A stretch of 37,775 nucleotides of DNA from a virus. The notes under the pieces were generated by a model. That model had not been told where the DNA came from. It was given only the letters and a program-made list of their open reading frames with translations, and ran no database searches. Location: the IMG/VR virus record IMGVR_UViG_3300044256_000031; one strand, written 5' to 3'. The first letter of the stretch is position 1, and every line of letters begins with the position of its first letter. The translations under genes and the position numbers were made by a program. Shown here one piece after another: positions 1 through 6,700 of this stretch.

Positions 1-127
1 CGAGTAACGACGTAGAGATATGCAAGACCAGCTCCAAAAATGGGTGGTCTTGCCACGGAGGTGGTCTTGTGGCCGATACGCAACTCGATCTGATGTCCTG
101 GTCTCCCCCCATGCAGCACACCGAGCG
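1..127. repeat. Terminal direct repeat identical to 37649..37775 (circular closure or terminal redundancy; unit length 37,648 bp)
   Basis: Base-for-base identity of 1-127 with 37649-37775, read directly. Confidence 0.95.
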
Positions 128-1712
128 CTTACGCCCGTATCAGCATGAGGCGGTCGAGGCCTGTCTGCTGGCCCTCGAGGATGGCGGCTCGCCGGTGCTG
201 GCCTTGCCCACGGGTAGCGGGAAAAGTCGGGTGATCGCCGCCCTGTGTGAACGGTTGCCAGGGCGTATGCTGGTCGCCACCCATCGCCAGGAGCTCCTGG
301 AACACAATGCCGCTCAGCTCACGGCCTATCAGGAGACCGCCGAGCATGGCATCTATTCCGCTGGGCTCAAGCGTCGGGACCGCGAGGCGCAGGTGATCTT
401 TGGCGGGATTCAGTCCATCTACCGCCAGATGGACCGGCTGCAGCAGGCAGGGGAGTTCTGGACGGTCATCGTTGATGAAGCACACCGTGTGCCCCCACCG
501 TCGGTGCGCTCTATGTATGGGCAGGTGTTCGAGGCCTGTCCTGGTGCCCAGCGTATCGGTCTCACCGCCACGCCGTACCGCCTCGACGATGGGTTGCTGC
601 ATGAGGGCGAGGATACCTGGTTCGATTGCATGCCCGTGCATGTGGGCATTCGAGATCTCACCCCACAGTGGCTCTCCCCTCTGGCGGGCGTCCTCACCGC
701 ACATGATATTGATGTGTCTCAGGTACGCAGCCGAGCCGGGGAGTTCGTCACCTCGGATCTCTCCCAGGCGGCGTGTGAAGAACAGGTGGTCCGTGGAGCG
801 GTGGATGAGCTGTGCCGCCTCGGTGCGTCCCGGCAGAAGTGGCTGGTGTTCTGTGTGGACGTCGCCCACACCCGGCTCGTTGGTCTCGCCCTTGGGGAGC
901 GTGGCATCACGGCTGCGGTGCTCCTTGGCGAGACACCGCAGGAGGAACGCCAGGCCATGCTCGCTCGTTTCCGGAGTGGGGAGATCCAGGCATTGGTCAA
1001 TTGTGAGGTCGCCACCACGGGCTTTGACATTCCCGACATTGATTGCGTGGTGCTCCTGCGTCCGACCCAAAGTAAAGCCCTGGTCGTACAGATGCTCGGG
1101 CGTGGCACACGTCAAGCCCCGGGGAAAGTCGATTGCCTCGTCCTGGACTTCGCGGGGAATCTCGATCGCCATACGCCCCTGGATGCACTCGCCACACTCG
1201 AGAAAAGTCCCGATCTCCAGGCGGTCGAGGCTGAGGAGGAAGAGCGACGTCAGGCCGAGGCGCGGGCCCGCGCGGCCCGGCATCTGGCACGGGCGAGTCT
1301 CCGCGATCCGATGGGCGAGCCCATGGCGCCCACCGTGGCAACCTACCGGGTGACGCAGGTCCACTACCGGGTGGTCACGTCGCACAATCCCAAGTATGCC
1401 GGGAAGCAGATGCTCCTGGTCAGTTATTTTTGTCCCGAGCGCCGTCCACAACGGTATGTGCCGCTCTATCTCTGTCTCGAGCATCAGGGGTGGGCGAGGG
1501 AACAGGCCATGGCGTGGTTTCAGCGGCGGCACCTCCCTGCACCACTCACCGCCAGGCAGGGCTTGCAGGTCGTGCAGGGCTGCGTAGACCCCACCCAGAT
1601 TGTCGTCAAAGAGGGTGAGAAATGGCCGCAGATTGTGATGGAACATCTCGAAGAACAGGCAGAGAAAAACCTGGCGCAGGAGGCATTTTTCAGTAGCACA
1701 GTCCAATGTTAA
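69..1712 (+). CDS. Superfamily 2 DEAD/DEAH-box DNA helicase
   Basis: 547-aa ORF with Walker A LALPTGSGKS, motif II VIVDEAH, motif III GLTATP and C-terminal helicase motifs (TTGFDIPD, GRGTR). The GTG start abuts the last origin iteron. Confidence 0.9.
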   Translation: MADTQLDLMSWSPPMQHTERLRPYQHEAVEACLLALEDGGSPVLALPTGSGKSRVIAALCERLPGRMLVATHRQELLEHNAAQLTAYQETAEHGIYSAGLKRRDREAQVIFGGIQSIYRQMDRLQQAGEFWTVIVDEAHRVPPPSVRSMYGQVFEACPGAQRIGLTATPYRLDDGLLHEGEDTWFDCMPVHVGIRDLTPQWLSPLAGVLTAHDIDVSQVRSRAGEFVTSDLSQAACEEQVVRGAVDELCRLGASRQKWLVFCVDVAHTRLVGLALGERGITAAVLLGETPQEERQAMLARFRSGEIQALVNCEVATTGFDIPDIDCVVLLRPTQSKALVVQMLGRGTRQAPGKVDCLVLDFAGNLDRHTPLDALATLEKSPDLQAVEAEEEERRQAEARARAARHLARASLRDPMGEPMAPTVATYRVTQVHYRVVTSHNPKYAGKQMLLVSYFCPERRPQRYVPLYLCLEHQGWAREQAMAWFQRRHLPAPLTARQGLQVVQGCVDPTQIVVKEGEKWPQIVMEHLEEQAEKNLAQEAFFSSTVQC

Positions 1713-1715
1713 TAT

Positions 1716-1737
1716 AGTACAATTATTGTATTGTACT
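1716..1737. terminator. AT-rich perfect 8-bp inverted repeat (AGTACAAT-TATTGT-ATTGTACT) right after the helicase stop; terminator or operator
   Basis: Palindrome read directly. No clear U-tract, so the function is uncertain. Confidence 0.3.
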
Positions 1738-1836
1738 TATGTAACAGTGTGACCCAGACACACGACAGGCCAGCCCTCCCCACCACTGAGTGAAGCTGGC
1801 CTGCTGGACTCCCTCACCTCAGCAAGAGAGTCGACG

Positions 1837-3054
1837 ATGATCTTACCTGCTACGAACGGAGTACACAAGGCTGTGGACGATCTCTACGGCGATCACTTTA
1901 CGGTGGCCCTGGCGCAGGCGATGACGCGCCTCGAATGTGCCCCCTACTGGCACGCGGAAGAGAAGGCCCCCTGTCGGCTGGTGCGGGCGGGCGAGTTGGT
2001 CCGCCTGAGTCGCGTGCAGCTCCATGACGACCGCACCGCCACCGTGCACGGCTCGACGAAGCCCTACGACATCACGGGGTTTCACTGCACCTGCCCGCAA
2101 AGCCAGAAAGGGCCGAGCAGGTGGTGCGTCCACGCCGTGGCGGTGAAGCTCGCCAGGACGATGGCCGAGAAGGCTCCGCAGGTCCTGGCCAGCGCCCCCG
2201 ATGACGAGGCCCTCGGCAACGGCTCCCCCGTCGATGACGAGACGCTGCCCTTGCCCTTACCCCCAACCACGATTGACGAACGTTTCGCCGTGTTACCCAT
2301 CCCAGCACCACAAGGAGACGTTATGCCCGCAGACGAGTATATCCCTGAGCCCGACACCGAGGACGCGCCTGTGGCAGTCGCAGAGGCCCCGAGAGCCACG
2401 CGCGCGCTGACCCCCGTCGCCCCCCAGGAGGACGACCTGGAGCGTGCCCTGACTGTGTGGACCACGCAACGCCAGGTGGTGCAACGCTTTCTCAAGCAGG
2501 AGCTGAAAGCCAACATCGACTATTACACGCTGCGCATCGGCGGCAAAGACTCGAAGCCGTCGCTGTCGAAAGCCGGCGCCGAAAAGGTCATGGGCTGGCT
2601 CAAAATCCAGGCGTCTTTCACCCCCGATACCGGCACCTGGGAGATGCTCGGCCGTCCGCAGGACCTCGTCTGCTATGTCTGCACATTGCGCACCCGCAGC
2701 GGGGAGATTGTGGGCGAAGGTCGCGGCGCCAGGTCCCTCAAGAAGGATGGCGGCGACGTCAACAAGGCGATCAAGATGGCGGAAAAGTCGGCCTGTGTGA
2801 GCGCGGTGCTGCGGACCGGCTGCTTGAGTGATGTGTTTACGCAAGATCTGGAAGAGATGCAGGAGACGGAGCCGGTGAAGCCCAACCCGCTCCATCCCGC
2901 CGCCGCGCTCCGCCAGCGCATCTGGCAGCTCGTCCAGGCACGGGCGCCCGAGGTGAAAAGCCGTGAGGCGGTGGAAACGTTCGTCAAGGCGCACACGGGC
3001 ATGGACCTGCACCCGGACTTCTATCAGGCCATTATGGAAAGACTTGAAAAATAA
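1837..3054 (+). CDS. SWIM zinc-finger protein with a C-terminal domain of uncertain function (possibly recombination/annealing related)
   Basis: 405-aa ORF. SWIM signature CTCPQSQKGPSRWCVH. A Pro/Asp/Glu-rich linker is followed by a conserved-looking C-terminal domain (KPSLSKAGAEKVMGWL ... DVNKAIKMAEKSACVSAVL). It lies in the replication module. Confidence 0.75.
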   Translation: MILPATNGVHKAVDDLYGDHFTVALAQAMTRLECAPYWHAEEKAPCRLVRAGELVRLSRVQLHDDRTATVHGSTKPYDITGFHCTCPQSQKGPSRWCVHAVAVKLARTMAEKAPQVLASAPDDEALGNGSPVDDETLPLPLPPTTIDERFAVLPIPAPQGDVMPADEYIPEPDTEDAPVAVAEAPRATRALTPVAPQEDDLERALTVWTTQRQVVQRFLKQELKANIDYYTLRIGGKDSKPSLSKAGAEKVMGWLKIQASFTPDTGTWEMLGRPQDLVCYVCTLRTRSGEIVGEGRGARSLKKDGGDVNKAIKMAEKSACVSAVLRTGCLSDVFTQDLEEMQETEPVKPNPLHPAAALRQRIWQLVQARAPEVKSREAVETFVKAHTGMDLHPDFYQAIMERLEK

Positions 3055-3072
3055 GCGGATATCGCGTCAGCA

Positions 3073-3408
3073 CCTCGCCCTGAAGGACGAGGCTTGCCGC
3101 TGGCTTACAACCGCGAGAGGGGAGCCCTCGCAGCACGCGCTACCACGGGAGCCGGTACCCAGCTCCGTTAGGGCAGACTGACAGTGCCCCAATTGCTCGC
3201 ATGCCTTTGAACTTGGAAAAAAGTATGGCGGCATAGACCAGAGCCCGACCGTTTTACCCCGCATGCGGGTGCCTTCAGCTCTGGATAGCGTGTACCAGTT
3301 GTTTTGTAACCTATGCTAGTGCAATGTGGCTCCGCCACACAAGGAATTGCCGCTCGTTGGCGGCAACCTCTTTTCCTCCCCGGCCTGAACGCCGGGGTTT
3401 CTCAGAGG
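3073..3408 (-). ncRNA. Structured repeat element, copy A (about 336 nt), RNA sense on the minus strand
   Basis: Its reverse complement aligns end to end with 19232-19587. At least 9 hairpins are retained through compensatory changes, and the G.U pairs occur only on this strand. Confidence 0.7.
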
Positions 3409-3415
3409 TTTTCTG

Positions 3416-3661
3416 ATGAGACGGGCTTCGCGCCCCCAGGCACGTACAGGAACGGGAGGACACGCCGTGAACGAGCGAACCCACCGCACCGAGGACCGGG
3501 ACTGTTGGTGTCAGCCCCGGGTTGAACAACCCTGTCGCCACTGCCAGAGCGAGAGCTGGTATGCCAGTTGTGTGTTCTGCGGGGGGCGTGGCTGGGAAGC
3601 TGCCTACGACCAAGAGACGCCAGCCGTGGTGATCCACGCGCCCCAGAAGGAGGCGCCATGA
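3416..3661 (+). CDS. Small Cys-rich (zinc-ribbon-like) hypothetical protein
   Basis: ORF with CWC...CRHC...CVFCGG. The more likely start is GTG 3467, preceded by GGGAGGA. The stop overlaps the next ATG (ATGA). Confidence 0.6.
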   Translation: MRRASRPQARTGTGGHAVNERTHRTEDRDCWCQPRVEQPCRHCQSESWYASCVFCGGRGWEAAYDQETPAVVIHAPQKEAP

Positions 3662-3879
3662 ACGACGCACAGACCCCCGGCCAGATCGCGTATGCGGCAT
3701 ACCGGCAGCATTGTATGGCGTATCAACACCATACCAGTGGCACCGTGATGCCGGAACCGTGGGCATCGCTGCCGCTCCTCGTCCAGATGTGCTGGGAGGT
3801 GGCTGCTGACGCCGTGCTCGACCACGCCGATTTTCCGCCCCTCGACCTGGGCGCACGCAAGGAGGACGCGCCATGCTAA
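3658..3879 (+). CDS. Hypothetical protein (73 aa)
   Basis: Internal ATG of track ORF 3568..3879, preceded by GAAGGAGG. Translationally coupled to its neighbours. Confidence 0.7.
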   Translation: MNDAQTPGQIAYAAYRQHCMAYQHHTSGTVMPEPWASLPLLVQMCWEVAADAVLDHADFPPLDLGARKEDAPC

Positions 3880-4172
3880 TCGCCGGTATCCGCAGCCCGG
3901 ACGCCCACGACACGCAGCACCACCCGCTGTCTGCGGCCCACAGCCCGACGGACGCGGCGTCCGGGCAGACGGTCTACGTCGTCTGCGGCTTTGGCGGGTG
4001 TCCGCAACGCCTGGCGGTGGACGCGGCGGTGTGGCGGGCGGAAGCGGCGCGCCGCGGGGCGCAGTCGCAGGGGGTGCAGGTGTGGCACGCGCGGGGAGAC
4101 ATCCTGGTGCCGGTGGCGCCCAACGTGGACGGGCTGGTGCCGTCAACGACTACTGGCACTGAAGTGCCGTAG
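3873..4172 (+). CDS. Hypothetical protein (99 aa)
   Basis: ATG overlaps the previous stop, and AAGGAGGA lies 6 nt upstream. Confidence 0.65.
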   Translation: MLIAGIRSPDAHDTQHHPLSAAHSPTDAASGQTVYVVCGFGGCPQRLAVDAAVWRAEAARRGAQSQGVQVWHARGDILVPVAPNVDGLVPSTTTGTEVP

Positions 4173-4217
4173 CTTGTCGCTGCCTTACAGGCAGCCAGTC
4201 CAGGAGGACTGACATCC

Positions 4218-4349
4218 ATGCGCGACCATCGGCTGGTTGACCGCAGCCGTAAGCACTCTCACGAGTGCGTGTGCAGTGATCCAGAGGCAGTCTATACGAC
4301 GGCGCCGGTGGACGATGGGAGTCCCTGTGGCCTGTTCTGTCACCGCTGA
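4218..4349 (+). CDS. Small Cys-rich hypothetical protein (43 aa, below the track cutoff)
   Basis: ATG preceded by CAGGAGGA. Translation is MRDHRLVDRSRKHSHECVCSDPEAVYTTAPVDDGSPCGLFCHR. Confidence 0.45.
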   Translation: MRDHRLVDRSRKHSHECVCSDPEAVYTTAPVDDGSPCGLFCHR

Positions 4350-4360
4350 GGAGAACAACC

Positions 4361-4567
4361 GTGCCTGAGCCCGAGCATACCTATCCGTCTCTCTACCCCC
4401 CCGGCTCGACCTGGGCGATCACCGAAGCCTGGGGCATCCTTGACCAGCTACGCCCTGGGCTGCTCGACGACGACACCCGTGCCTTCCTGGCCGGCAACAT
4501 TGCCGGTACGCTGATGCGTCTCGTGCAGAAGCACGCGCACGAGGACACGCCGTCAACCTCCCCATAG
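4361..4567 (+). CDS. Hypothetical protein (68 aa)
   Basis: GTG start preceded by GAGGAG. Same strand and spacing as the neighbouring genes. Confidence 0.6.
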   Translation: MPEPEHTYPSLYPPGSTWAITEAWGILDQLRPGLLDDDTRAFLAGNIAGTLMRLVQKHAHEDTPSTSP

Positions 4568-4599
4568 CTGAAGCAAGGGGTTTCTCGAAAGGACACGCC

Positions 4600-4914
4600 A
4601 TGACCACGCCGCGCCCCTACGCCACCCTGGAGACGCACCTGTGGTCTCCCGGCTGCACGACGTATCTCTCCTTGCCTGCCACTGACGGCTGGATGGACGT
4701 GTTCCGCGCCTGGCACTGTACGCGCTGTGGCCTGCACACGTGGGCCACGGGGGCAGTCGACGTCACGACGCGGCCGCTCTCCCCGGTCGAGTGGCAGACG
4801 CAGGCCACGGCGCAACAGGCCGGGGGTGATCTGTACGGACAGGCGGCGCGACAACAGGAACAATGGGAGCGGCAGCAGCGCGGGGTCAGCCGGCGGCTCC
4901 GGGAGGGACGGTGA
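4600..4914 (+). CDS. Hypothetical protein (104 aa)
   Basis: ATG preceded by GAAAGGA. Contains a CTRC motif and a Q-rich C-terminus. Confidence 0.65.
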   Translation: MTTPRPYATLETHLWSPGCTTYLSLPATDGWMDVFRAWHCTRCGLHTWATGAVDVTTRPLSPVEWQTQATAQQAGGDLYGQAARQQEQWERQQRGVSRRLREGR

Positions 4915-5147
4915 CGAAAAAAGCGTTGTTTTCTGCCCTCTGCGCCGTCGCAGACGCGCTCCAGGCGGAATGCGTGCGCCTGGACATTTCGCCGCACACG
5001 CTGGCGCTGGAGGCGATCGTGGAGAGTCTGGACGTGCTGTTAGACCAGATCCTGGAGGAAGGCGTGCAGGACGCCGCGCCGCCCAGACGCCCGGGGGAGG
5101 GCCGCTGGACGTTGCCGCCGACACCGGAGGACGAGGCGCATGGCTGA
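4911..5147 (+). CDS. Hypothetical protein (78 aa)
   Basis: GTGA start/stop overlap with the previous gene, with GGGAGGGA upstream. This is the internal part of track ORF 4863..5147. Confidence 0.6.
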   Translation: MTKKALFSALCAVADALQAECVRLDISPHTLALEAIVESLDVLLDQILEEGVQDAAPPRRPGEGRWTLPPTPEDEAHG

Positions 5148-5230
5148 GCCCCTGCGCCTCTACCGCCTGCTGTGTGGCTGAACCTTCCAGAACGCCACGC
5201 CTTCTTCAACGTGGGGAGGGACGAGGCTTG

Positions 5231-5258
5231 GGGCTTGTGTTGGGGTACGGGAGTGTGG
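5231..5258. repeat. 28-bp direct repeat, left copy (GGGCTTGTGTTGGGGTACGGGAGTGTGG)
   Basis: Exact repeat of 5955-5982, read directly. Confidence 0.9.
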
Positions 5259-5305
5259 GAGAGCTGTACCATAACACTTGGGAGTGTTGCGGTTAAATTA
5301 TAACC

Positions 5306-5659
5306 TCAGCATTCTTCCTTCCTGTTGATTGAAGCCTCAGTACTAAAAGCACTGCCATAACGTGACTGCAACTTCGCTATGTTTTGCGCTGCTACTGAGT
5401 TGAGGTTGAATCCAAGTGCACTACACAGCTCTGCAACATACCAGAGTACATCACCTATTTCATCGCTTAGTTTATCCAAGTTTGGTGAATCCAGGTGATA
5501 GACCATCTTCTTGATATGATCAGCAACTTCGCCTGCCTCGCCATTGAGACCTAGTGTTGCCATGAGCATGTTCTCACGTCTGTCAGTATTGTTGCGCGTG
5601 TCAATAGGTGCAAATGCACTGGTACGACGTGCCAGCTTTTGATACTCGTTAAGGTCCAT
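5306..5659 (-). CDS. mazG: MazG-like nucleoside triphosphate pyrophosphohydrolase
   Basis: 117 aa from the internal Met (MDLNEYQKLARRT...). Typical MazG helices are present: EAGEVADHIKK and EIGDVLWYVAELC. GC content is visibly low compared with the flanks. Confidence 0.85.
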   Translation of the reverse strand: MDLNEYQKLARRTSAFAPIDTRNNTDRRENMLMATLGLNGEAGEVADHIKKMVYHLDSPNLDKLSDEIGDVLWYVAELCSALGFNLNSVAAQNIAKLQSRYGSAFSTEASINRKEEC

Positions 5660-5760
5660 GCGTAGTTCTCCAGTGCTGAGGTTAGAAATTAACCTCACTA
5701 ACATCCCAAGGTTGAGGTACAGTGCTGGAGAGCACTTCTCAGTGCTCCCCTTGACAGGTT

Positions 5761-5807
5761 CCTCCTTGAACCTCCCCACGGCTAAAGCCGGGGGAGGTTC
5801 AAGGAGG
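5761..5807. repeat. 47-bp near-perfect hairpin with an IS-end-type core (CCTCCCC-N-TAAA-N-GGGGAGG) extended by a 10-bp outer stem
   Basis: CCTCCTTGAACCTCCCC ACGGCTAAAGCCG GGGGAGGTTCAAGGAGG, read directly. Confidence 0.8.
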
Positions 5808-5954
5808 CCATCACGGCGTCGGGCTCGACTTGTCACTCGATTATTTGACCAACATCGCCCGCGAGCGGCTGGGCCTGGCGGCGCTCAGGAGGTGGACTGA
5901 CGGCGCGGCCCCCCGGGTGGAGCACTACGAGGACTTGCCCTTGTTTGCGAGGTA

Positions 5955-5982
5955 GGGCTTGTGTTGGGGTACGGGAGTGTGG
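5955..5982. repeat. 28-bp direct repeat, right copy
   Basis: Exact repeat of 5231-5258. Confidence 0.9.
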
Positions 5983-6070
5983 TAGAAGGGGCGTCTACTG
6001 AGGCGGAACGGGCCGTGTTCAAAGCACAGCCCGATTCCTATGCACTCCCCTATCTGGACATAGGAGAGCC

Positions 6071-6541
6071 ATGTCAACACGCATTCTAGCAGCCATCCGG
6101 TCCTGTCCGCAACTCCACGGCAACCTGAAATTCACCGCCCTTGAAATTGCGCATCGTCTCAACGGTGCCGGGTATGGTCGTGTCGCCCACCAGTTTATGG
6201 CCCACAAAACGGGCTATTCCGTGCGTACTGCCTTCCGCCATGCGGGGAAGCTCGTCGCCATGGGCATCTTCGCCAAAACCGTCTATCGTACCGCCCACGG
6301 TTGCGGTATTAATCTCTACCGCTGCCTGCTGCCCATCCCAGCGTTTTATCGCGCAGCGCCAGCAACGACGCATAGTGACAGCGTGTCAGCGACTCTTCCT
6401 CCCCACGAGAAAGAAAAAGATACGAGCGTGCGTCAGGATCTCGATAACCAGCGCAAAGGCATCCGGTTCCTGACCGCTGGCAGCGATCGGTGGACCAGAG
6501 TGCTTGACGTCCTCCCACGACTAAAGTCGCGGGATTCCTAA
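6071..6541 (+). CDS. Winged-helix/HTH DNA-binding protein; the C-terminus runs into the IS right end
   Basis: The N-terminal 90 aa look like a winged-helix fold (FTALEIAHRLN...GYSVRTAFRHAGKLVAMGI). The last codons are read from the IS end hairpin at 6511-6538. RBS AGGAGAG is present. Confidence 0.6.
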   Translation: MSTRILAAIRSCPQLHGNLKFTALEIAHRLNGAGYGRVAHQFMAHKTGYSVRTAFRHAGKLVAMGIFAKTVYRTAHGCGINLYRCLLPIPAFYRAAPATTHSDSVSATLPPHEKEKDTSVRQDLDNQRKGIRFLTAGSDRWTRVLDVLPRLKSRDS

Positions 6542-6700
6542 GAGCGTTGCACGTCCGCAACGGAGTATATTATGCGCAGCATTGCGGTCCCGTTTATGCA
6601 CAGCACCACAACCAGCGCACGTCCATACTCTTACCCCCAGCGCACTCAGTCCACTCGGCCCGGTGCGAGCACCACAAGCCGAGCAAGTCACACTGGAGTA
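6495..6700 (-). ncRNA. Predicted TnpB guide RNA (omega/reRNA) scaffold overlapping the tnpB 3' end and the right end
   Basis: Placed from family knowledge only. Hairpins CGTTGC-ACGTCC-GCAACG (6545-6562) and 6511-6538 are visible. The extent is not determined. Confidence 0.35.

Noticed and set aside
129-1706. Very long antisense or alternative-frame ORFs, for example 129..1706 (-), 6572..7732 (+), 7041..8036 (+), 15170..16531 (+), 17336..19231 (+), 17874..19337 (-), 22355..23461 (+) and 26682..27641 (+)
   Set aside because: They shadow genes with clear motifs. Their translations are Arg/Pro/Gly/Ala-rich with low complexity, typical of stop-codon-poor high-GC DNA. They have no SD-start arrangement.
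3067-3264. A conserved small ORF inside elements A and B, with both translations starting MPPYFFP (3067..3264 minus strand and 19428..19733 plus strand)
   Set aside because: After seven residues the two translations diverge, while the nucleotide differences fall as compensatory pairs in stems. This pattern fits RNA or DNA structure, not purifying selection on a protein.
3073-3408. Elements A/B/C as simple intrinsic terminators, tRNAs or tmRNA
   Set aside because: They are far too long and have too many helices for terminators. The terminal hairpins lack U-tracts. No cloverleaf, anticodon arm or tag-ORF features are visible.
5658-5955. ORF 5658..5900 (+), and a possible TTG-initiated mini-ORF ending at 5955
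   Set aside because: The first runs through the 47-bp hairpin and antisense to the mazG start, with an implausible composition. The second has no acceptable start or RBS and is better explained as a gene remnant (noted in the MazG cassette finding).
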